This document shows, in pieces, positions 1 through 10,812 of a stretch of DNA of 64,000 bases; position 1 is the first letter of the stretch; each line of letters opens with the position of its first letter. Below the pieces are notes generated by a model that saw only the letters and a list, made by a program, of their open reading frames with translations, had not been told where the DNA came from and did no database searches. Origin of the DNA: Macrostomum hystrix. Lineage: Eukaryota > Animalia > Platyhelminthes. The translations under genes and the position numbers were made by a program. The stretch is taken from the NCBI GenBank assembly GCA_950097015.1, contig CATNEN010000038.1:16616001-16680000 (forward strand). The letters are read 5' to 3'.

Positions 1-99
1 TCTTGCTAAAGGATACAAATTGTTTCAGTGGAGTCGGGAATCGAACCTCCGACCTTCAAGTCGTGAGTCCGACGCTCTAACCACTAGGCTACAACCTCC
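1..99 (-). mobile_element. SINE-A (tRNA head + CORE-like domain), truncated by window edge, in a DPP9 intron
   Basis: Reverse complement: A box TAGCCTAGTGG, B box GTTCGATTCC; near-identical to 47037-47135. Confidence 0.85.
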
Positions 100-148
100 T
101 GTGGTGAATTCAATGATAGAATTCACACAATGAGATTAAAAGTCTCAC

Positions 149-3100
149 CTAGGATCCAAAATAGTACTATTAAAGTACAACCAACCAGTCGCCACATCAA
201 CAGACAAGAGATCGGATTGCACCTGCCAATTGCCAAATGTTATTTGTCTCCTATGGGATTTGGCTTGCGAATCGCCGGGCAGCCAGGAGCAGGTCACGTG
301 ATACAGGTGTCGAAAGCCGCTCTCCTCGCTGGCCCAGATTAGGCTGGCTGTTCTGTCCGCAGTAGATACAGACAATGGCCGGAGCAGGTCGTGCACCTCG
401 ATCCAACGATTCGGCGGCGCGGTCTCTTCTAGCAGGCTCACTGACGGCTGCTGATTGGCGCCTTCAACTGGCAGGTAAGCTAGCAATCTAAGCGAATCCT
501 GACTGCGGCTCATAGCCTGAACTAGGAGAGCCTCGCCGCCTGTAGTCCATTCAACTCGGACCAGGTATTCGCCTAAATCAAGGCCGCTGACTGGCTCAGA
601 TGAGCAGGATAAATTATTGTCGGCGTCGCTAATGACGCGAACGCGGGTAAGGCGCGACACAGCATTTGGGGTGCCGGCTCGGGGATAAGAGAATTTGTCT
701 GTCTCCAGGCCGCCCTTTAACGGGTCGACAATGTTGATCGACTGCACCTGGGATTCGTCAACAATTTCTACAATCAGATCAAAGCTGGCCGAATCTGTTG
801 AACAATTGGAAGCCGGACGCCACCAGAAGCCGTGGAAACGATCAAATTCTTCTTGAACGGCGAAGGGCGGAAGTCCCGCCGAAATGCTCTTGGAGCTGTT
901 GGACAGGTCGCAGGCCTGCGAAACAGACCGCCTTGCGAGATTAGCGAGCTTTAGTATAATGTTCTTACATTCTTTTGCTACACGTTATCCTATTAATCAG
1001 CTACCTGTCAATTAATCAGCTACCTGTCAATCAATCAGCTACCTGTCACTCTATCATTTAGCTACCTGTCAATCTATCATTTAGCTACCTGTCACTCATC
1101 ATTTAGCTACCTGTCACTCATCATTTAGTTATCAATCACTCTTTTATTAAGCTACCTGTCACTCTATCATTCAGCTACCTGTCACTCTTGCAATCAGCTA
1201 ATTGTCACTCCATCCCTCAGCTAGCCGTCACTCCATCCCTCAGCTAGCCGTCACTCCATCCCTCAGCTAGCCGTCACTCCATCCCTCAGCTAGCCGTCAC
1301 TCCATCCCTCAGCTAGCCGTCACTCCATCCCTCAGCTAGCCGTCACTCCATCCCTCAGCTAGCCGTCACTCCATCCCTCAGCTAGCCGTCACTCCATCCC
1401 TCAGCTAGCCGTCACTCCATCCCTCAGCTAGCCGTCACTCCATCCCTCTGCTAGCCGTCACTCCATCCCTCAGCTAGCCGTCACTCCATCCCTCAGCTAG
1501 CCGTCACTCACCGCAACAATCTGGCCGCTATCCAGACTGATGCAATAAACGTTTCGATCAGCAGCGTAGGCGGCTATCCTAGTGTTTTGAGGGCACAAAG
1601 CTAAATTCAGTGGCGAATGCGGCACTTCAATGCCGATAGGATTTAATTCTTCGTCCTGATTGGCGGATAAATTATCGATTAAATGGAATACAAAGTTCTG
1701 ACAGGCGAACACAATAGTACCGCTGGACGCGTCGAGATCGTAATCAACAATGCCAGTCGAGAATGATCTCTTGCGCTCCTGCAGTAGTTCCTCTTCGCGG
1801 GACAGCCCTCGACTCCCGCCAGATACAATCTGACTATTGATGCTTGCCAGGTTCAATAATCTTTTTGAGACATTGTTGGTAGGAAGCGCCGATGATGTCA
1901 CATCATCCGGATTCTGCTCAGATGCCGCCGACAAATTTGCTGGGTCTACATCGACGCACCAGAGAGTCTGGCCGAGAAAATCGTTAGCAACTAGATAGTA
2001 GACTCGAACTCGCGACCGACCAGTCGACTTATCTACGTAAGCGCGAGCTCGAGGTTTAGCCACGCTGCGCCAAGCGTATTGGCTGAGCTTGGTGCGCAGA
2101 GTGCTGAGTAGGCGAGCAACCTGAGTATGAGAGCGATTGAGAATTATGAAACATGGGATCTGGAAATGAGACTAGCTGTACCTAGGGATCTGGGAATGAG
2201 GCTAGCTGTACTTAGGGATCTGGAAATGAGGCTAGCTGTACTTAGGGATCTGGGAATGAGGCTAGCTGTACTTAGGGATCTGGGAATGAGGCTAGCTGTA
2301 CTTAGGGATCTGGGAATGAGGCTAGCTGTACTTAGGGATCTGGGAATGAGGCTAGCTGTACTTAGGGATCTGGAAATGAGGCTAGTTGTACTTAGGGATC
2401 TGGGAATGAGGCTAGCTGTACTTAGGGATCTGGGAATGAGGCTAGCTGTACTTAGGGATCTGGGAATGAGGCTAGCTGTACTTAGGGATCTGGGAATGAG
2501 GCTAGCTGTACTTAGGGATCTGGGAATGAGGCTAGCTGTACTTAGGGATCTGGGAATGAGGCTAGCTGTACTTATGGATCTGGGAATGAGGATAGCTGTA
2601 CTTAGGGATCTGGGAATGAGGCTAGCTGTACTTAGGGATCTGGAAATGAGGCTAGTTGTACTTATGGATCTGGGAATGAGGATAGCTGTACTTAGGGATC
2701 TGGGAATGAGGCTAGCTGTACTTATGGATCTGGGAATGAGGATAGCTGTACTTAGGGATCTGGGAATGAGGCTAGCTGTACTTAGGGATCTGGGAATGAG
2801 GCTAGTTGTACTTAGGGATCTGGAAATGAGGCTAGCTATACTTAGGGATCTGGGAATGAGGCTAGCTGTACCTAGGGATCTGGAAATGAGTCTAGCTGTA
2901 CCTAGGGATCTGGAAATGAGGCTAGCTGTACCTAGGGATCTGGGGCTGATGCTAATTTTACCTGCGGGTCTAGGAATGTTGCTATATTTTCCTGAGGATC
3001 TGGGAACTGCGATTATTCTAATAATATTTTAATCAATACGAGTATAGCACCTGTTCAAAGCTGAATCGACCATTGGTTTGCAGTTCTTCTTCAATCTGGA

Positions 3101-3206
3101 TTTGGCTAGTCCATTGTTTAGCCCAGTCCTGAGAGGCCGCTGAGCCACTGTCAGAAGCAGTCGCTGCAGTTGCACTACTACTAACAACAGTAGTAGAATC
3201 GCTCAT
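149..3206 (-). CDS. DPP9: Dipeptidyl peptidase 8/9 (S9B family), 5' part; exons 3051-3206, 1512-2120, 149-915; continues beyond the left edge
   Basis: Spliced translation contains LSREEELLQERKR...GIVDYD, SAGLPPFAVQEEFDRFHGFWW (Glu-Glu motif), YPRAGTPNA, LIWASEESGFRHLY and QITFGNWQV, all DPP8/9 propeller motifs. GT-AG junctions are phase-consistent. The catalytic domain is outside the window, and DPP8 vs DPP9 is not resolvable. Confidence 0.9.
995..1510. repeat. 23-bp minisatellite (CAGCTAGCCGTCACTCCATCCCT)n grading into AGCTACCTGTCACTCTATCATTT, DPP9 intron 2
   Basis: Direct tandem units; homogeneous on the right, degenerate on the left. Confidence 0.95.
2155..3008. repeat. 30-bp minisatellite (CTTAGGGATCTGGGAATGAGGCTAGCTGTA)n, DPP9 intron 1
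   Basis: About 27 near-identical units. Confidence 0.97.
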
Positions 3207-3825
3207 GCCGTTTTATCGAATCAAATAAGAACTCGATTTTTGTCTATTTTGTCAATTATTTTGAGGCAAAGTTTCCTGGAAATATTATTATTTACTAGTT
3301 ATAACGAAACATAAACTAATTTTTCTGTGTATAAGGCTAGACAATACTATTCTTAATACGAAATAATAAGAATGAATGTGAAGAGAGAAGTTATGTTAAC
3401 ACGAAAAAACCTATATTTCTTGAATTTTTTGTTGAGCAGTTGTTAAGTTAAATTCATGTTCAAACCTTAGTTAACAGTCACAACAAAACCAAATCAACGA
3501 AATTTGTTAAAATGATAACGAACAACAAAAACTATATCACAATTTTAACACAACACAAAGAGTCTAGACAAAAAAAACAAAGAAACAACGAGACTCTAAT
3601 GGATAATGTGCGATCTGTAAGAATAAAGCGATCAGATCTAGAGACATTGTGACAATAAAAACAGACAGATAAAAAGTTCTTGTGTACATGGCAATACATG
3701 AGAAACAATAAAAATTCGCTGATATGCTTTAACTGTAAGTAATAAATCGAATTCAATTCGGTTGTAAAGCTAAAACTATTGATAAAAATAACGGATTTTT
3801 TCAGGAAATTCCATTGTAATTCCAT

Positions 3826-3960
3826 TGCAGCTTAGTGATGTAGAGCTTCAGATTCAATACCGAGAGGTTCGGAGTTCGAATCCCAGCCAAAGAGAGAAAA
3901 ACTGTATCATTTAGCAAGACACTTTATTCCCTCGTGCTTCAATTTGCCCACGTGTCATGG
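3826..3960 (+). mobile_element. SINE-A, old degenerate copy
   Basis: GCAGCTTAGTG..GTTCGAATCCC..TTTAGCAAGACACTTT. Confidence 0.6.
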
Positions 3961-4472
3961 ACAAAACAGCTATTCTATCGATTCTATTTATAAGATTCTG
4001 TTTTAGTGCCCAAGAGAATATTAAATAAAATAATAACAAAGAAGCAATATAGCATTAACAATGATCAAGAATGATATATCTTCGTTGATTGCAAATCAAG
4101 AATCAAAATAATGTTATTATCGTTAAACAAATTTTGTCCAAGACTAGTCTAAACTGTTTATAAATTTAGAACTGATATAAAAGATACAAAACTAATCATA
4201 AAAATGATAAAGAATGATCATTAAAAGATTGGCTGTTAATGTCAGAAAGTAGTGCAAAAAAACATCAAATAAAAAATTGTAAATAAAAAATCTGAATATG
4301 CTTACCGAATAACAGCAATCAAGCGGGTAAAACAAGACACAAAGCAACTGAAAGTGCCTGCACCGAAACACAATCTCATTGGAATAGATAAGGAAATTTC
4401 TTACGCCTGAATGAATTACTGACATTGAATTTATAATGCGGGCTTTGTAACAAATTATTTGATTGAGATTTC

Positions 4473-5953
4473 TTAGCAGTGGAAAGACCTTGGGGTATTT
4501 AAAATACTAACTTTTTCATTTTTTGTATCTCCTAAAGCAGGGGTCGGCAAACTCCGGCCCGCGGGCCAGATCCGGCCCTCGAAGCTCCCAAATCCGGTCC
4601 GTTGCCCCTTCCAACACATACAGTATCCTGTTTAATCTCTCTCTGATCTGGAGATGGAGAGTCTCATACACTCCTCGGTCTCTTCTGTAATGTGTCTTAT
4701 CTCTCCTCTGTCTCATGTCTCCCTGGCTCACTCTTCTCTGTCCCATCTCTTCTTTGTCTCATCTCTCCCCTGTCTCGTCTATCCCGTGTCTCATCTATCG
4801 TGTACCTCATCTCTTCTCTGTCTCATCTCTTCTCTGTCTTATCTCTTCCCTGTCTTATCTCTTCCCTGTCTCATCTCTTCCCTGTCTTATCTCTTCCCTG
4901 TCTCATCTCTTCCCTGTCTCATCTCTTCCCTGTCTCATCTCTTCCCTGTCTCATCTCTTCCCTGTCTCATCTCTTCCCTGTCTCATCTCTTCCCTGTCTC
5001 ATCTCTTCCCTGTCTCATCTCTTCCCTGTCTCATCTCTTCTCTGTCTTATCTCTTCCCTGTCTCATCTCTTCCCTGTCTGATCTCTTCCCTGTCTCATCT
5101 CTTCCCTGTCTCATCTCTTCTGTCTCATCTCTCCTTGCCTCATCTCTTCCCTGTCTCATCTCTTCTCTGTCTTATCTCTTCCCTGCCTCATCTCTTCCCT
5201 GCCTCATATCTTCCCTGTCTCATCTCTTCCCTGTCTCATCTCTTCTGTCTCATCTCTCCTGTGCCTCATCTCTTCCCTGTCTCATCTCTTCCCTGTCTTA
5301 TCTCTTCCCTGCCTCATCTCTTCTCTGTCTTATCTCTTCCCTGCCTCATCTCTTCACTGTCTCATCTCTCCTGTGCCTCATCTCTTCCCTGCCTCATCTC
5401 TTCTCTGTCTCATCTCTTCCCTGTCTCATATCTTCTCTGACTTATCTCTTCCCTGTCTCATCTATCTCGATCCCGTTTCTCATATTCGAACAGTTAATGC
5501 GGCCCGCTGTCGTCTTTTAGGTTCTCTCTGTGGCCTGCACGCTAATAAGTTTGCCGACCCCTGTCCTAAAGCATTCAACCAACCGCCATGAAAATCCAGA
5601 ACATGTGCTAAAAGTTTACGCTCTATTCGATGAAACAACTTACAGAATCGCAAAGCATCGGCATCGTCGAGATATTCAACGATTGCCGTCGGGGTGCCTG
5701 TTTTGCTCCGATTGCACCGATACTGGCATGCGTTTCTGCTCACAAAATGTCATCATGTAACCTTGTCGGACAAGAAACTTTGACAAGAATCGCTGAATAT
5801 CTCGACGATGCTGACGCCGGACGGCTTTGAAAGTCTGTTTATCGCAAAGGGCGGAAAATTTTGTTTCAGATGTTGGGATTTCACGAAAATCTGTCATTCG
5901 GGAGCTATCGTGAAGTAGGAAATGCTTATTTTAAATACCACAGTAGTCCTTCC
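4473..5953 (+). mobile_element. Fold-back non-autonomous TIR element (family C, possibly piggyBac-like), interrupted by the hAT MITE
   Basis: Ends GGAAAGACCTTGGGGTATTTAAAATA (4481) and TATTTTAAATACCACAGTAGTCCTTCC (5952) are inverted. Internal IR GCATCGTCGAGATATTCAACGATT / AATCGCTGAATATCTCGACGATGC. The related copy at 34938 lacks the MITE. Confidence 0.72.
4538..5563. mobile_element. Non-autonomous hAT (Charlie/Buster-type) MITE carrying an internal 16-bp minisatellite
   Basis: TIRs CAGGGGTCGGCAAACT...AGTTTGCCGACCCCTG; 8-bp TSD TCCTAAAG on both sides; subterminal GGCCCGCGGGCC; internal (TGTCTCATCTCTTCCC)n. Confidence 0.93.
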
Positions 5954-6832
5954 TCGCGGGGAAATTGTGTTGTCTTTCTACTGTTAAATAATTACTTCAT
6001 TTAAGTTTTTCTCGACTTTTGGCAACTAATGAAAACTAATTAACAATAGAGACTGCCAAAATTCGTATCTGAAGTTTGAATTGTGATGAAAGGAAAGGCT
6101 AGTTGTCATTATGCGTTACAAAGTATGAAAAACCTTGTTTTAAAATAGTTTCAATGACTAAAAAATTAGCATACAGTGACGTTTTCTAAAAAAGTAAATA
6201 CTCACCATGTTGTATTCAAATTTTATTTTACAAATCAGAATGACTGTGCTTCTTCAATCGCAATGTCTATTGGTCATGGTATTGACGAACAAAAAATAAT
6301 ACATTTAATATCAACATAGCTTTGTAAGAAACAATAACTTGAGGGAATATTCTTTCAGTTCCACAGCCGAGAGGCATCTGCAGTAAGACTAAGTTACATA
6401 TGTTATTTAGATAATGAAACTTCTATTTTGTTAAACTTATCTCAAACCTATTTTATTTTGCTATCCGGTTTTCTTATACTAGCATAATATAAATAAACTT
6501 AAGGGGGTAACTTTGCTAGTCCTTTATACTAAATCTAGTATTATATGGAGATTGTACAGATTTAACAAATCAGAGACTACCTGTTTATTTATTATTTGGC
6601 AAGTAATTAGTACGATTGGGTAGCCATCGAATAACTAACTAGTGCCGCATAGTTATGTGGTGTTTTTAACGAAGCTAGTTCTGATCTAAAGGGGTTACAA
6701 TGGCTAGTCCTTCATACTAAACGGCACAAAGCATGATCAACACATTAAATATGTGTAGTCCCCATAAAATGTTTTCGTATTGTTTTTCTTCCATTTGCTT
6801 CCATAAGCTTGATTAAAAACAAAAAAGAGCAA

Positions 6833-8951
6833 TCAAGCCGTAGGCAGCTTTGTTCTACTAATGCCACCATCACCGCTGCCACCGCTAAAACTGACGCATT
6901 CGGCTAGCGACACCCAACGTCTGAGCTGGCTAGAGCAGCGAATAGCGGTCAGGGTCTGCTGCACCTGAGCCCAGTAGCTACCAGCCGGATAGTCTATGGA
7001 CTCGTGCATAGCAACAGAGTCTATTAATCCGGCGGCGCATTTTACTAAAGCCGGCGATGCCAATTGCTTCATAGGCATGCCAGCCGACTCGGTGATTGAT
7101 TTTAGAGTCCGCTGCTCGGCCTCCGTAATCGGATCGCTGTGCAAAATTTGAACAGATTCAGCATCGTCCGAATGGGCTGCATGAGTCAGTACAAAATCTG
7201 CCAGTGTTAGACGGCCCAGTTCGCCAATTAGCTCGATGGTGTGCGAGTGTCTGCAACACAGTGATTGTGTAATCTTTTTACAACTTGGTGCGAAGTCACA
7301 GAAATACAAAATATTTTACGCATATATTAAGCACCCGTTATATAGCGAGTCCAACCAGACGTGAACCCAACAGTCGCCAGTCAGCTGCAGATCAAAGCTT
7401 GCCACCTGATCAACGCAGATGCGTCTTATACCTTCAATCTGATCACTGTAAGGCTGGCAGGTCAATAGGTGACCAGAAGCGCGTATTATGCCACAGCCGC
7501 TGTTAGAGCCAATTGCACTACTGCCTTTTTTAGCTAGATCTGCTGAAGCATTGGTGGCAGCTGCCGGTAGGAGATAATGCACGAGATCGATGGCCAGAGC
7601 GCCATTGTAAGCTAGGACTCCACCGCCCATGTCTGGGTCGCAAGTCCAGTCGTAACTGCGGCAGGAACAATTAATTCAGAAAAAGATTGAAATTTCGCTA
7701 ACACATTTTAGGATAGAGGCGTTAAAATACTGTCAGGGGGTCAGTAGCAGAGCGGTTAACGCGTTTGCCTCACGCACCAAGGTCCCTGAGCTTGATTCCG
7801 TGGCGAGGCCACATTGAAATGGGGGCCAACCTTCAAGGCACAGTGAAAGTGTACACTGCATGACAATGAGAAAGTCAGAGCATATGTGTACACACCTGTG
7901 AGCGCGTGCCTGCGTACGGTATCTGTGTGCGTGTTTCTAAACATACAAATACTTTTTTAATTAGTTGGGAATGGGAAGGGAAGCGTTAGTGTTAACAATT
8001 GAGGGTCATTGAGGTACATGTACGAGTGTGTATAAGTCTTTATTAATTGGGGATGGTTGCGTACATTGATGGTCAGTTGGAAAAGGACGGGAGCGTAAAC
8101 TGAGTGTCAGTGTGGGATGAGTGCGTACATCAAGTAGGTAGTAAGAAACATTACTTACCGAGACCCAACTAGCCGAGGACAACGCAGAGTAATATTAACA
8201 ACCTGCAGCCGGCCAATCAGACCGCCTGCGAGGCGAGAGCGCATGCACTGTACAGAGGCTAGGTAACGATAAGAGCAACCGACCGCTACAGTTTCGGGCA
8301 CCCGGTGAGGCGGCGGCGGAGGCGGGGAGAGACGAATTGCCAAAATACCTGAAAATTCCGTTTGAAAAAAGGCATGAAAGAAAGGGAGAAAACATATCTC
8401 TAAGCAAGAGGGCGCTCACCTGTCTCATTAGCCAGCTTAGCTAGGCCAGTTTGTACTCGCTGGCATCGGCAGCACAGCAGCAGCAGAGCCACATCGTCAC
8501 GGCCAGCCAGCACCGCTGGATCTCCGCCAACAAGCACAGCGAAATCTTCCCCTACAGCCTCAATATCGGCATCTTTGGCGATGCCTTCGGCGTCTTGCTT
8601 TAAGAAGGCTTCAAAAGCGGCTCGCTCCGATTCGTCGGCTGTCCAGCAACCAATCAGACGCAGACTGCGCTTCCTAGGCTTATTATTATTATTATATACA
8701 TTAGTATTATTTCTACTGGTTGGGCTCGCAATATTATCAATCTGGCTAGCTAATCTGGAGCTAAAAATTATGTGACGCAAAGCGCATGCAGCGAATGGCG
8801 AGAAACCGAAAACGGCTACCCCTATCTGCTGCGTAGACGTTGACAATCTAGCTTCTTCTTCCTCGCCAAATAGATCTTCGCCTATGTCTGAGCCTGATTC
8901 GGGCGAAGCAGCCTCAACATTATCAATAGTGGTGGCGGAAGACTCTGCCAT
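6833..8951 (-). CDS. GFOD1: Glucose-fructose oxidoreductase domain protein (Gfo/Idh/MocA; GFOD1/2-like); exons 8420-8951, 8159-8348, 7335-7655, 6833-7250
   Basis: Four ORF fragments join with consistent phases (1,2,2). YDWTCDPDMGGGVLAYNGALAIDLVHYL, DQIEGIRRICVDQVASFDLQL, IELIGELGRL and AIRCSSQLRRW match my recollection of GFOD1/2 (YNWSCDDLMGGGGL..IIDLL; DHIKGIRQITSDDFCTF; IKRSSQTGEW). Confidence 0.82.
7736..7935 (+). mobile_element. SINE-B, internally deleted/truncated, in a GFOD intron
   Basis: GCAGAGCGGTTAACGCGTTTGCCTC..GATTCCGTGGCGAGGCCACATT..GTACACACCTGTG. Confidence 0.82.
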
Positions 8952-10459
8952 GCGAAACTGCTGAAATCTTGATGCCTCCTCCTAACCGCATGAGGGATTA
9001 GAATGAAAGGATCGAACGATTGCCACCTGAAAAATAGAATTCCATTTTATAGATTCGTTGAATAGATAAGGTAAAACACAGATTGTGATGCTTAGTGCAT
9101 TTGCATTTATTTAGATCAAGAAAAAAGAAAAAATGAGGGCCAAGTCTTTTTGTTTAAAATCTCTTAATTGATTTAATTTGAAGCAATTATATTTTCAAAC
9201 ATCGAAAACAATAGTCTTTTAAGTTCGCGTAGCAATTAAATAGGTTACTATATAACCAGCTTTTTCTGATATTTTCTGATCTTCTGATTGATAAAGGTTA
9301 CCAGCAATGTGTTGAAGCATTTTATTATCATATTTTTTTAATCCCACTAGTGTTAGCCTTTTCAATGGTCTAATTTCCCAATATAATTGTCTACTGATCG
9401 AGAGTGCAATGTCGACCATACTATTAGTAGTACAACTTACTGTGCAATCAAATATAGAGAAAAATATATCTAGACAAGATAAAACAAAAAAGTAACACGA
9501 TCAAACTTATTTTGAAGTAGAAAAGCACTTAGAAAAATATCCATTTTATCTTTTGTGTGATTTGATAGGTTGTGCTAAAATAAATCAACACAAATGATTT
9601 TAAGTAGGCTTTTCAAACCGATCAAACAGCCTTTAGGAAAAATTAATTGGCAATTTCAGAAGCAATCCATATTTAATAACTTCTTTAAGAAGCAAAAATA
9701 TTATCGTCTACTAGAAGCACTGGTTATCTGTTACGCAAACATTTGGATTGATTTATCCCAGATGGTCATTATTTGAATTTAAGAAGTAGGAAATGATCGA
9801 AAATGGCAGAGTCCGAATGTATATAATTTTTAGATGTAAAAAATTTGACAACACTTGCACAAACACTCTGGATTAATATTGAAAAAATTCTGAACCAAAT
9901 AAAACAAACAAAGCAAGATGTTTACTAGTTTCATCTTAATTTTTTTCATAGTAGATGCGGATATTTAGTATAACAAAAAAGTAGATAAGCAATGTGCTTT
10001 CTATTCTACTTTGTTCTGAGTAGTATATTGAGATAAAAGTGAATGGCCAAACAATCTCTATGTTAACTCTATGTTAAAGGGTCTAAAAATAGATTTCGAT
10101 TAGGAACAAGCAACGTTGTTCTGTTTTGAAGCCACGGGAGATACCACCACATTGGATTCTCGACAGAAAAAAATTCAATACCAGGCTAAATATGCTCGTT
10201 ACTAAACTCTCCTAGTAAAATTTATTTTTATATAATTTAGACACATTCGTTTTAAGCTAGTAATTATAATACAAATAAGCTTTTAAAAGCAACCTGCGTT
10301 TACAGGGGAGACAGAAAATCAGAGCTTTGAAGTACTTAAAATATCGGTCTGAATTTCGAATCCTACCCTAGGGAATTAAACCATGATAGTACCCAGATTG
10401 ATTAAAATGCGTATTTCCCATTTAAGAAATGACGCATTTAGAATCCAAATTTAGACTGT

Positions 10460-10657
10460 AGCACAGCGCGACGCATCTGGAAAGGCTGTGTACACGTGTT
10501 CAGTCCATGGACTGGGGAGACCGAAACAGAAGGGTGAACTGAATAAATTCTGAGTAAAGCGTCTTGCTAGACGACACAAATTGTTCCAATAAAGTCGAGA
10601 ACCGAACCCCATACCTTCAAGTCGTTAGTCAACGCTCTAAACACTAGATTACTACCC
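10460..10657 (-). mobile_element. SINE-A, degenerate copy
   Basis: GTTCAGTCCATGGACTGGGGAGAC..GGTGAACTGAA..GTCTTGCTA..ACCTTCAAGTCGT shared with full-length copies. Confidence 0.75.
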
Positions 10658-10812
10658 CTGAGTATTGAAAATTAAGTTCTTCTGAAATTCCTTCTAGTTT
10701 TAGTTTATAAGCAAAAAAGTCGAGAGTGGCTTGAATATAAATAAACAAGCACTATAGCTAAAGCACCCCAACAGAAAAGTTGGAAAGTTGTATCGAAATT
10801 TTTTCCGTGTCA

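Noticed and set aside
2127-3032. 301-aa plus-strand ORF (RDLGMRLAVL repeats)
   Set aside because: Translation of a 30-bp minisatellite inside DPP9 intron 1; stop-free because of the period.
4654-5520. SSLPCLIS-repeat ORFs (also 25.7, 26.9 and 45.3 kb)
   Set aside because: 16-bp minisatellite in or derived from MITEs; open in all three frames; not a transposase.
6500-6722. Pair of ~33-bp direct repeats (AAGGGG.TA...GCTAGTCCTT.ATACTAAA)
   Set aside because: Only two degenerate copies; no termini or TSD to classify; probably a TE remnant.
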